IMG/VR virus record: IMGVR_UViG_3300036766_000359
Span: 32,001 to 96,000 of that record
Length of the DNA: 64,000 nt
Direction: 5' to 3' (one strand)
From: a virus
Both the position numbers and the translations under genes were made by a program. Below the pieces are notes generated by a model that worked only from the letters and a program-made list of their open reading frames with translations, ran no database searches and had not been told where the DNA came from. Each line of letters opens with the position of its first letter. Position 1 is the first letter of the stretch. Of this stretch, positions 9,717 to 18,603 are shown in pieces.

Positions 9717-10967
9717 TCAGGGTCTTTCCCAAAGGTTTTCAAGAACCTGGTCAACGCTCGGCTTGGCCGCCTTCTGCACAGAACCAAGCTTCTTGGCTCC
9801 GTTCTTCGTCGAAGCGACGTGACCGGTGAAACCACTTTCACGGTTGCGGGCTTCAAGCTGAGAAGACTGAATTTCACGTTGTGCGTGAACTTCCGGGTCG
9901 TCAGCAAAAAGGTCGTCAAGATCAGACGAAAGAACCGGCACACCCGATTCGTCATCGTCGTCGTCACTGAACGAAATGTCAGAGCCAGTGCCAGGAGCAC
10001 CGCCAGGAGCAGCAGAGAAAAGAGCCGAAAGGTCATCGGCTGGTGCTGCTGCACCTGGTGCTGCTGGTGCTGCTGGTGCTGCTGCTGCACCGGGCGCACA
10101 TTGATCACCAAGCATGGATTGAAGCATCTGCATCTCTTCAGGAGAGAGGTCATGCGCCTCTTGTTCCTGTTGAGAAGTGATTTCTTCTGCTTCCTCTGCT
10201 TCCTCTGCTTCCTCTTCCTGTTCTTGAGAGGTCTTACCCTCCTGCTCTTCCTGCTCTTCCTGTTCTTGAGAGGTCTTACCCTCCTGCTCTTCCTGCTCCT
10301 CTTCCTGCTCTTCTTCCTGAGCGACACGGGAAGCGGCAACAGTCTGAACAATAGCCTTGAGTGTCGGGTCGTCAATCGACATCATGACCGAACCCAGTTT
10401 CTCAACGTTCTTTGCATTTGCGCCGTCACCAAGCAAACGGGCAGCAAGCTTTGTGCATGCAAGCGCACGCTTAAACTTTGACTGTTCCGAAAGAGCATTG
10501 GGAGAAACGGAGTCGAGACGCTTCAACATAGCGATGATCGACTTGTTCGGGAGTGCCATAAAATCAGTGGCCGCACCCTCAATCAGATTCGTGTTTGAGG
10601 TGCGAAGAGTCGCACGAGCCAAACGCTCACAAGCCATGGCCTTACGTTCAGCCGAAACCTTGGCGTTGTCGTACTTACCCTTACCACCCCATTGGTCCGA
10701 GTCCTTGTGCTTCCATGTGTCATCACGGAATTCACCGAACCCGACGTCATTCCGTTTGACGGCATCGCCGTCATACTCATCCTTAACGGACATCTTTTCC
10801 GCCGGGACAGGGGTCTCCGCCCAGGAATCCGGGTTACCACTCTCATACTCAGTAGGAGATGGTTGGGGATGGTCCTGATTCATTGTATAGACATCAGACT
10901 TACGCGAAGTCGCCGCCTGACGCGGGGTCTCGCTTTTATTACTTTGCCAGGTGGATCGAGCTCGCAT
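9717..10967 (-). CDS. Probable prohead scaffolding/core protein
   Basis: Between protease and capsid genes; AGGAGG ribosome-binding site; Glu/Gln and Ala/Pro low-complexity tracts. Confidence 0.65.
   Translation of the reverse strand: MRARSTWQSNKSETPRQAATSRKSDVYTMNQDHPQPSPTEYESGNPDSWAETPVPAEKMSVKDEYDGDAVKRNDVGFGEFRDDTWKHKDSDQWGGKGKYDNAKVSAERKAMACERLARATLRTSNTNLIEGAATDFMALPNKSIIAMLKRLDSVSPNALSEQSKFKRALACTKLAARLLGDGANAKNVEKLGSVMMSIDDPTLKAIVQTVAASRVAQEEEQEEEQEEQEGKTSQEQEEQEEQEGKTSQEQEEEAEEAEEAEEITSQQEQEAHDLSPEEMQMLQSMLGDQCAPGAAAAPAAPAAPGAAAPADDLSALFSAAPGGAPGTGSDISFSDDDDDESGVPVLSSDLDDLFADDPEVHAQREIQSSQLEARNRESGFTGHVASTKNGAKKLGSVQKAAKPSVDQVLENLWERP
10200..10320 (-). repeat. 42-nt tandem duplication encoding EGKTSQEQEEQEEQ within an acidic tract
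   Basis: Two copies of ctgttcttgagaggtcttaccctcctgctcttcctgctc. Confidence 0.8.
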
Positions 10968-11008
10968 ATTATAAAATGCCTCCTGAAGAACAACGGTTAA
11001 TGAGAAAC

Positions 11009-13759
11009 CTAAAAATTCGAGGCGGAGGCTATCCGCCCTTTCCAGATGAGGAATTTTTCCTCACCAACCGAGAGATCCCGTCCAAGCTTCATTTTGCAAC
11101 TGGCAAGAAACGAGGTTTTACTCGGGAAATTAGATATCGACCCAGTCTTCATTGCAGTTTTATAAAGATTGGGAGAGTAACTGTGTCCCCGAACGCGATC
11201 TTCGATCCATGAAAGGACTATCAAATCTTTCGAGGTCATCTTGGATGCTCGAACTGCCTTCGAACCGCCTTCATGAACTATGCGATAGTGTTTTGAGGCC
11301 CACTTGTGAATGTTTGGAGACTTAGGAAATGTCTTTCTAACACGACGGTCAAATTCATTCGATGAACGAACTATGTTATCGTTTCCACGCTCCAGAGAAG
11401 GAGCGACAATAGAACCAACGTCTTCAGGTTTAGGCTCGAGCTTCTCGCCTAGTTTATCAACCAAAATTGACAAAAGTTGTTCTTGGACCTTATCAAGCAT
11501 CTCGTCAAGTTTATCAGGCTTAGGTTGACCAGAATCTTGACCACCACCCTGATCCGCGCCCTGATCCTGATCCGCGCCCTGATCCGCGCCCTGATCCTGA
11601 TCCTGACCACCGCCCTGATCCTGACCCTCGCCCTGATCAAATAAACTGTCAAGATCCTGATCATCTTGATCTTCGCCTTGAGCAATTCGCGAAGCAGCCT
11701 TCTTCATGCCCTTCGGGAGAGGCTTTTCCGAACGAAGACTGTAAATTTTACGAGCTTCGTCGATGTTGGAAGCAACCTGAGTGCTGTCAGGATTAAGAAT
11801 GTTTCGACGAACTGCACCACGGAAAGCAGGATTACGAACCCACGATGCTTCGATAAATTGATTTGAATTCGGAACTGATGCATGGCCGATAAGTTCGGCC
11901 ACAGGATGTTCAATACCCTGTTCGTCTGCAAATTTTGTCCCTTTGCCAAGATAAAGGACACACGGACAGAGTTGAGCATCGTCTGATGCTACGTTCCCGC
12001 ATCTTGTACAAACAGTGAAAAGGGATATGCAATTAGAAACCCCAACACCATTCGCCACATATGAATGATCTTGATCAACCTGAAGGTCATACACAAACCC
12101 TGCATAGTCAGATCGATCAATTTTCTTAACTTCAGAATAAATATATTTATCGGTAATCCACCGGTTATTACGCCCAGCTTTGGTGGACCGAATTCCGCCG
12201 ATAGCCGAACGAACCTTCAAGGACGGAACTCGAACAACATCTGAGTTCCGGAGCTTGATTTGGTAATCAATCCCAGCGGCCTCAGGCAGCATTTTCGTGC
12301 CACTGCGTTCTGCAACTGAGAAAGTGGGAATGATGCCACATCGAGCTGCAATCTGCATGTATTGATGCGCGAGCTTTAAATTCCTAGTGCTAAGAAAAAC
12401 ATTCTTAGTCCCGCGCTTACTGGTCGAAACACACCCGTCCGAGTCTATAAGACCGGAAAGGAATGCCATTTGGTGGTCTTTCGGCCACGACATCACCGAT
12501 TTCCCGATGAGCTTATCAGATAATGTCCTTCCAGAAGTATGACGATCCACGATCGCCCGGAAGGAACGAGAGGTATTCATGAGGTATGACGCCCCACGTC
12601 TATTAGACACGGAAGTGCTCTGAGGCCGAGGAGCGTTACCTCCCATGGCAACATGGAGCTCTCGGTTCACCCAAGCAACTTGGTCTAACGCTTGAATCGC
12701 TTCCCGAACGATTTCGGGGTGAGACTCATCTAGGCAAAATCCAACACCAACCGTGGAGTCATGGTTGTTCTCGAACTTCCATCCATCTCCGATCCAAAGA
12801 CCAAGCAGACGAGCCTCTGATAGAGTTACATCAGACTGGACTTCGTCCTGTGAAATGGGGAAAGCGAGGAAGTCACCTTCCCGAATGGTCCGGGCTTCTG
12901 CATAGTCAAATGGATAATCCTTCTCCACGACATGGAGTTTAGAATTCTTTCCTCCACGACCTCGGGTCTTTTCCACAGTCTCGCAACGAATTATGTAATA
13001 GTTGTGATTGTCTGTTGAGGTAATGGGTGGAAGACCGACTGATTTAATGGTCCGGACTTTCCATCTATTTTCACGAATTTGAAGATTTTCGACCCGACAG
13101 GAGTTTCCCTTCTGAGTCAGAACCTCCATATTTGGACGAACATCTTCAATACCGATCGGACTACCGTCGGAGAGATACACCTGCGTTCCAGGAAGATGGC
13201 AGCCCATGCTCATTGCCGAAATGTCACCAGCAACAATGTCTGTTACAAGTTGCTGATGTTTACGATCTGTAGCAACAAGAATATCGATATAAGCTGATTT
13301 CCCAAGGTCACGAGCTATTGCATCAACAATAAAGCCTTTCGACAAGGCAGGAAGTTGAATATGCTCGAGATAATTGTGGGCTCCGATGAATGTCCGGTAG
13401 GTAGAAAGAAGAAGTGAGCGTTCCCAGGCATCCGAATTGTTGTTGATTATGTCGTGACATTCCGGCTTAATACGGAAGTCAGGCCAACGGACGTCGATTT
13501 GAACGCCCTGAACCATATTACGACCAATTTTGGCGTTCTTCGGGGCGTAGGTGTCAACAGACGCTACAATCGTGGCGTGCGACAAGAGATACTGCTTCGG
13601 ATCACATTTCCGAAGAACAGTTTTAGCAACGCGGTGAACATGGTCTCGGGGGACAGCACCCTCGTTTTGACCACGAAGTGTCTCCATCCACTCGTCAAAC
13701 TCAACGCCAGGTCGAGATACAATAGCGTTTGCGGTGCGTCGAAATCCCATTGCGTACAC
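11009..13759 (-). CDS. Prohead (maturation) protease with intein and C-terminal acidic extension
   Basis: Position upstream of scaffold and capsid; SMG|C putative catalytic-Ser motif followed after splicing by CTRC..CPC; GADQDQ repeats; likely start ATG 13750. Confidence 0.72.
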   Translation of the reverse strand: MYAMGFRRTANAIVSRPGVEFDEWMETLRGQNEGAVPRDHVHRVAKTVLRKCDPKQYLLSHATIVASVDTYAPKNAKIGRNMVQGVQIDVRWPDFRIKPECHDIINNNSDAWERSLLLSTYRTFIGAHNYLEHIQLPALSKGFIVDAIARDLGKSAYIDILVATDRKHQQLVTDIVAGDISAMSMGCHLPGTQVYLSDGSPIGIEDVRPNMEVLTQKGNSCRVENLQIRENRWKVRTIKSVGLPPITSTDNHNYYIIRCETVEKTRGRGGKNSKLHVVEKDYPFDYAEARTIREGDFLAFPISQDEVQSDVTLSEARLLGLWIGDGWKFENNHDSTVGVGFCLDESHPEIVREAIQALDQVAWVNRELHVAMGGNAPRPQSTSVSNRRGASYLMNTSRSFRAIVDRHTSGRTLSDKLIGKSVMSWPKDHQMAFLSGLIDSDGCVSTSKRGTKNVFLSTRNLKLAHQYMQIAARCGIIPTFSVAERSGTKMLPEAAGIDYQIKLRNSDVVRVPSLKVRSAIGGIRSTKAGRNNRWITDKYIYSEVKKIDRSDYAGFVYDLQVDQDHSYVANGVGVSNCISLFTVCTRCGNVASDDAQLCPCVLYLGKGTKFADEQGIEHPVAELIGHASVPNSNQFIEASWVRNPAFRGAVRRNILNPDSTQVASNIDEARKIYSLRSEKPLPKGMKKAASRIAQGEDQDDQDLDSLFDQGEGQDQGGGQDQDQGADQGADQDQGADQGGGQDSGQPKPDKLDEMLDKVQEQLLSILVDKLGEKLEPKPEDVGSIVAPSLERGNDNIVRSSNEFDRRVRKTFPKSPNIHKWASKHYRIVHEGGSKAVRASKMTSKDLIVLSWIEDRVRGHSYSPNLYKTAMKTGSISNFPSKTSFLASCKMKLGRDLSVGEEKFLIWKGRIASASNF
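12032..13201 (-). mobile_element. Intein (390 aa, Hint + LAGLIDADG) in the prohead protease
   Basis: Starts CHLPGT, LLGLWIGDG and FLSGLIDSDG blocks, ends VYDLQVDQDHSYVANGVGVSN followed by Cys. Confidence 0.92.
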
Positions 13760-13814
13760 AACGGTCTAAAATAACTCTAAGAGAAGTAGGTAAACTCGGT
13801 GTAAATTTGGAGGG

Positions 13815-14477
13815 TTGAAGAGTATATGGTATATGCCCAATATCACAGAGTTTGGCTTAGAAGCCAGCGTTATCAAGGTCAAAATTATGAGTGACCCAGT
13901 AGAAGACGCAATACGGAATATCCGGGTTTCAGTAAAGATTATTCTATCAAAGTCTAGGGTTACTCCCAAAAACCCGGCGTCTGGACTATGGCCGAGAATA
14001 ACTCTGGAAAGTGTAGGGAAATCTCGTACAATCTCGTTAATGAATTATGAACACCCACTATCCTCTTCAGTCAAGGTAATCCGCGCACCTTCGCGGACCG
14101 CACCTTCGCGGACCCAGATGACATATCAGGATTTTACTGATATCCTTACTAAGGAAATCCTGGTCTTAACCAGCGGAAGTTCTAAAACAAGTCTGCGTTA
14201 TGGACGCGGAAATGCACTTGCACAAATAGTTATCAAAATCCGGAGAGCCGTATCTGGAGCCGTATCACGAGCCACCCGGTCAAAGAGTTCGGTGGCTAAG
14301 AGACGTGCGGCGGCAGTTCGGAAAAACAGGAAAGAAGAGTTCCTAGAAAAATTCCGGAAATTCTGTGATGATCATGGTCAAAAAGTTGAGTATGAAGACC
14401 TACGACCGTCAGATCTAGGAAAAGTCTGGGATGATGTCAGGCGAATGCGTGTTGCAGAAAAGATCATGGAATCTTAG
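13815..14477 (+). CDS. Hypothetical basic protein
   Basis: 220 aa ORF, GGAGG after TGTAAATTT; true start probably a downstream ATG. Confidence 0.55.
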   Translation: MKSIWYMPNITEFGLEASVIKVKIMSDPVEDAIRNIRVSVKIILSKSRVTPKNPASGLWPRITLESVGKSRTISLMNYEHPLSSSVKVIRAPSRTAPSRTQMTYQDFTDILTKEILVLTSGSSKTSLRYGRGNALAQIVIKIRRAVSGAVSRATRSKSSVAKRRAAAVRKNRKEEFLEKFRKFCDDHGQKVEYEDLRPSDLGKVWDDVRRMRVAEKIMES

Positions 14478-14495
14478 AGCTTTTATGGATTGGGT

Positions 14496-15251
14496 TTAGC
14501 CTTCCGGGAAACCTACTGAAGCGATAATCCGATTCAAATCTCTCGCCACAAGATCTCGGTCGGGATTCTTTGAAGAATCAATCTTCGAAGCAATACGACG
14601 AAGTTGACTTGCGAGTTGTGACGGCTTCATATGAAGCACACTGGCTAATTTGGCCTTGATTTCTGAAGGCGCTTTCTTATTACGGGCTAACTCCTTACGA
14701 ACTTCTGCACTATCATCATCTGCTAATTTAGCCAAGATCTCTGGAGGCGTACTCGGATTACGGGCTACACGAGAACGAACACCCTCATCATCATCATCTG
14801 CTAGTTTAGCCAAGATCTCTGGAGGCGTACTCTCCGTACGGGCGACTTCGTAACGAACGAGCTTTTCGTCATCATCTGCTAGTTTAGCCAAGATCTTCGG
14901 GGGCGTATTCGGATTACGGGCGACATCGCAACGAATTGTTAATTCATCATCATCTGCTAATTTAGCCAAGATCTCTGGAGATGTATCCGGATCCCGGGCT
15001 TGTAGCGTTTTCTCGTGGAGGGCGTCCGAATCATCGTCAAGTTTTTTATTGTTGTCGTACTCCTTCTTCTTATTTTTCATCCAGTCAATGGGACCGGCGG
15101 TATTACCATTGGATTGTCCCTGGTCTTCCGGATCCATGGCCAACAAAACTCGACGTATATCCTTAATGACAAGACCTCGATCAGGATTCCGTGATGAATC
15201 GATCGCAGCAGCGATGCGACGAAGTTGACCGGCGAGTTGTGATGGTTTCAT
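14496..15251 (-). CDS. LRV (leucine-rich-repeat-variant, HEAT-like) repeat protein bracketed by two KPS..IDSS modules
   Basis: About five 24-aa repeats of type VARNPNTPPEILAKLADDD; termini are near-duplicates. Confidence 0.85.
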   Translation of the reverse strand: MKPSQLAGQLRRIAAAIDSSRNPDRGLVIKDIRRVLLAMDPEDQGQSNGNTAGPIDWMKNKKKEYDNNKKLDDDSDALHEKTLQARDPDTSPEILAKLADDDELTIRCDVARNPNTPPKILAKLADDDEKLVRYEVARTESTPPEILAKLADDDDEGVRSRVARNPSTPPEILAKLADDDSAEVRKELARNKKAPSEIKAKLASVLHMKPSQLASQLRRIASKIDSSKNPDRDLVARDLNRIIASVGFPEG

Positions 15252-15308
15252 AGATGCCTTCCATTCTCTGTCGAGACTAGGAGCCCCAGTCTTGGTAGAA
15301 GCAGAGTG

Positions 15309-15776
15309 TTACTTCCCGACCGTTGCGGCAAGTTCCTTGATGTGTTTTAACGCCGCTGATTCATCTTCATTTTCCAAATCTTCTGTAATCATACCTACAT
15401 AATTTTGGATGGTAACCATATTATTAACAGCCATTTTCAGGGCTGCAGCATTGAGTTGACGACTGAGTCGCGGATTACTACTAGCAATCCGTTTGGCAAT
15501 CTTAACCAGTTCTGCGGCGTGTTCACGATGGATGTTGGACATTGTAGCTTTCTTTATTTGAGTTGCACTGGCTCGACGATCAGAAAGAAAACGAGCTTTT
15601 GCTTTTTCTGGAGTGGATTGTGGCCTACCAGTAAAGTCCCATTCTGATTTTGGATCTTCACTATTCTCTACCACACCCATCCAATATGGGTCTTCACCAT
15701 CTTTTTCATCAATCTGCACCACTACAACGCCGTCCATTACACGACGTTCAACGACATAATTTTGGAGATCGGACAT
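15309..15776 (-). CDS. Hypothetical protein
   Basis: 155 aa ORF with KIAKRIASS motif. Confidence 0.65.
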   Translation of the reverse strand: MSDLQNYVVERRVMDGVVVVQIDEKDGEDPYWMGVVENSEDPKSEWDFTGRPQSTPEKAKARFLSDRRASATQIKKATMSNIHREHAAELVKIAKRIASSNPRLSRQLNAAALKMAVNNMVTIQNYVGMITEDLENEDESAALKHIKELAATVGK

Positions 15777-15800
15777 CTAAGTCATCCTTAACTCGACTCA

Positions 15801-16493
15801 TTATTTTAAATCTGAAGGATGTATAACAAAACTGCAGTTTTGACACTGCAAAACGCGCTTACCTTGACGATATGTACGAGGTTTGAGCATGCCCTTACAA
15901 CGTGGACAAACTACTTTCCCAGAAGATTTCTCCTTCTGGGTTACTTTGTAACGACGCTTATTGTTTTTCCAATAAATGGAAAGACGACGACCGTGCTCGT
16001 ACAAATTAGATACTGTCAGTCGGACAGCTTCTTGACCATATTCTTTACCAAAGACAGAAGCCATCCGAAAATAAGTCTCAATCTCATCCATTTCGCAATG
16101 CCACGCTTCACAAGCCGCTCTCCAAAGGGGGAGAGTCAAGTCTTCGTAAGCGTCAACAACACGTGATGAGAGCTTCTTCCGAAACTTCTGATCAGCTTTC
16201 TGAGCGGCGTCCGAGCCATCATTTCTCGCGCCTTCCCAGGTTGAATAACTCTGGTCAGCTTGAGTGATAGCAAAAAACCCAGATGTGTCCCGAATTAGTT
16301 CAGATGCAGTCTCAAGCTCTGCACCCCACGGCCATTGCACCTGAATCTTCCCAGTGTCTACGTTCGAATAGATGACGCGACCGATATACGGACTTAAAAC
16401 AAAGTCACGCAAACCAGCTTTGCGCACAACATCGCCAGTATTGAAATCCCTGGCAATCAGCTGGTCATCAACGAACGCTATTCGTGCAGTCAT
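15801..16493 (-). CDS. Hypothetical protein with C-terminal zinc ribbon
   Basis: CPRC..CQNC at the C-terminus; starts MTARIAF. Confidence 0.7.
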   Translation of the reverse strand: MTARIAFVDDQLIARDFNTGDVVRKAGLRDFVLSPYIGRVIYSNVDTGKIQVQWPWGAELETASELIRDTSGFFAITQADQSYSTWEGARNDGSDAAQKADQKFRKKLSSRVVDAYEDLTLPLWRAACEAWHCEMDEIETYFRMASVFGKEYGQEAVRLTVSNLYEHGRRLSIYWKNNKRRYKVTQKEKSSGKVVCPRCKGMLKPRTYRQGKRVLQCQNCSFVIHPSDLK

Positions 16494-16553
16494 ACGGCCT
16501 TCTCGAGTGCGGCCAATATTATTGGCGTTAGCTCAAATCCGAGACGCCGTAGA

Positions 16554-17099
16554 TCAGGGAGCCCAGGTCTTGGTAGAAGCAGCGCGGGGAGATGATCCCT
16601 GCTTCGTGCTATTACCAGCCGGACCCTTCGCCCATGAAGGCTGTTGCTTAGTGGGTTCAGACCACTCCGACAAGTCACGAATCTTATGTTCCTTACGATC
16701 AGTCACAGTGGTGGTGCGGTCCTGATCGTAGTTATTGATCGCATCGGAGTTGAAAGACTTATCCGTCCTGTGCATGTACGGTTCGTCAGAGTCCGATTGG
16801 ATAACCTTATTCGGGTTATCGAAGGTATTCATGTATGGTTCATCAGAATCCTTCTGAAGGACCTTCGCGACCTTTTCCGAGTGACGCTTCAGGGAACCCG
16901 GTCCGAATGCTGCAACCTGGAAACGGTCAGCAAACGTATCGATATCCCTCACGAGAGAAGAAGCGACCTTCGGGTCAATCTTGCCCGCTTTAACAAGGGA
17001 ATCAATTTTGTTAGCGGTCTCGTCAAGATTTGCGAGAACTCTGTTTGCAACATTCTTCTGAATCATAATTTCTCCGGGCTTGTTCTTTGAAACAAACAT
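16554..17099 (-). CDS. Hypothetical protein (head module)
   Basis: 181 aa ORF with capsid-like codon bias; ends ASTKTWAP. Confidence 0.7.
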   Translation of the reverse strand: MFVSKNKPGEIMIQKNVANRVLANLDETANKIDSLVKAGKIDPKVASSLVRDIDTFADRFQVAAFGPGSLKRHSEKVAKVLQKDSDEPYMNTFDNPNKVIQSDSDEPYMHRTDKSFNSDAINNYDQDRTTTVTDRKEHKIRDLSEWSEPTKQQPSWAKGPAGNSTKQGSSPRAASTKTWAP

Positions 17100-17106
17100 G
17101 AAAGGT

Positions 17107-18573
17107 TCACCACGTCATATCATTGACTGAAATAGATGTCGAGGCCTTTTTCTTCCCGAATGGAGGGGCCTTCTTCCCACCGAATGGGGCCTTCTTACCC
17201 TTACCCTTACCCTTACCCTTACCCTTACCCTCGTCTTCTTCGTCCTTCTTCTTAGACTTGTTGGAAGTCTTCTTCGGCTTTGTCTTCTTTTTCTTAGCAG
17301 CCAAAATGGGAAGAAGAACAGAACGAGTTTCTGGAATCTCTTGAGCGAGGCGTACCAAAGTGCTCATTTTGATGCGGACCGAACTCGTAGTAACTTTCTT
17401 GGCTGCGTCTTCAGCTTTTGAGAAAACGTTGTCAAGAGCTTTCATGAAACCCTCAATGTCATCACTTTCAAGGAGTTTTTGAGCTTTCTTAGCGTCACCG
17501 CTTAAAGAATTCAAAAGTGCCTTACCATCCTCCTCAGATAATTCATTAATGGCATCAAGTATACTCTCAAGTTTAGCCCCACCAATACCGGCAGCAACCC
17601 TAGAAGCACTTTTCTTCTTCTTAAGGGTTTCCGTCATGCTCTCCAATGCCTTGAGGAAAGCTTCAATATCTTCCGCTTGAGTAAGTTCATTCGTCTCGGC
17701 TTTAAGCGCTTCGAGATCGACAATACCTTCTTCTACTGATTCAGACATGTTCTTGTCGAACATAGACCCAGACTGCTGTTCCTGCTGTTCCTGTTGGCCC
17801 CGCTGCTCCTGCTGCTCTTCCTGGGCTGTTCGGATTGAACGAACAACTTTGACGATCTCAAGGGCAGATCGCGGATCTGATTGCCTCAGTTCAGTAGCGA
17901 TACGAAGAAGATCATTTACATTCACATTTTTCATAACTGAAGCATTCCTATTGGATTTGTGTTTTTCAGGAATAACGGTCTCGGAAAACTGATCGTGATC
18001 CCAACCTGCAAGTCTGTTCAAAAGCAGGTCATAGGTCTCTGCATCAATCTTAGACTGATAAAGACTCGAGTCAGCCGAATTAATGGCCAAATCAAGAGCT
18101 GCCCGGAATGGTGCATCATCGGAACCACCATCCCACCCATACTTTAACCAGTCATCTTTCATCAAATCTTTAGCGGTTGCTACAATAGAGTCGTAGTGCT
18201 CTTTCCCAAAATACCGCTTATCGTATGATTTATATCCAGTGTCAGTCGGACCGGATGGGTGACCCTGTCCAATAACTCCATGGAACGAAGAAGTTTTAGA
18301 TGAAAACATGGTTTCATACAGTCCAGTTCCATAAGAAGCTGCTGTACTAATAGCATCTATTATACTACCGGCAATAGATGCTAGAGACATGTCGGAGTCA
18401 AAAGACTCCATATCGGAATCTGTCTCTTTCATTCTTCGTCTTCTGTTATCGTGCTTTGGACCCTTCTTATTATCCGTCTTCCTAGACGGAGGGGTCTCTT
18501 TGTTGATCAGACGCTCTACTTGTCGTTCTTCTACTTCAGAAGGACTCAAGGAGCTATCAGAGATATGAAGCAT
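17107..18573 (-). CDS. Hypothetical head-module protein with acidic and Lys/Gly tracts
   Basis: 488 aa ORF directly downstream of the portal; RTAQEEQQ and SASRVAA motifs. Confidence 0.7.
   Translation of the reverse strand: MLHISDSSLSPSEVEERQVERLINKETPPSRKTDNKKGPKHDNRRRRMKETDSDMESFDSDMSLASIAGSIIDAISTAASYGTGLYETMFSSKTSSFHGVIGQGHPSGPTDTGYKSYDKRYFGKEHYDSIVATAKDLMKDDWLKYGWDGGSDDAPFRAALDLAINSADSSLYQSKIDAETYDLLLNRLAGWDHDQFSETVIPEKHKSNRNASVMKNVNVNDLLRIATELRQSDPRSALEIVKVVRSIRTAQEEQQEQRGQQEQQEQQSGSMFDKNMSESVEEGIVDLEALKAETNELTQAEDIEAFLKALESMTETLKKKKSASRVAAGIGGAKLESILDAINELSEEDGKALLNSLSGDAKKAQKLLESDDIEGFMKALDNVFSKAEDAAKKVTTSSVRIKMSTLVRLAQEIPETRSVLLPILAAKKKKTKPKKTSNKSKKKDEEDEGKGKGKGKGKGKKAPFGGKKAPPFGKKKASTSISVNDMTW
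17195..17230 (+). repeat. (TTACCC)6 hexamer repeat encoding GKGKGK on the minus strand
   Basis: Six perfect copies read directly. Confidence 0.9.
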
Positions 18574-18603
18574 ACAAATATGCTAAACAAGATTATTAAA
18601 AAG

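Noticed and set aside
8079-10481. Long antisense ORFs over the capsid, decoration and scaffold genes (8079..8405, 9114..9491, 9819..10481) and the alternative-frame ORF 9695..10375
   Set aside because: Explained by codon bias and low-complexity repeats of the real genes; no recognisable motifs
17195-17230. (GGGTAA)6 on the coding strand as a telomere-like or G-quadruplex element
   Set aside because: Sufficiently explained by a GKGKGK coding tract; no other copies seen
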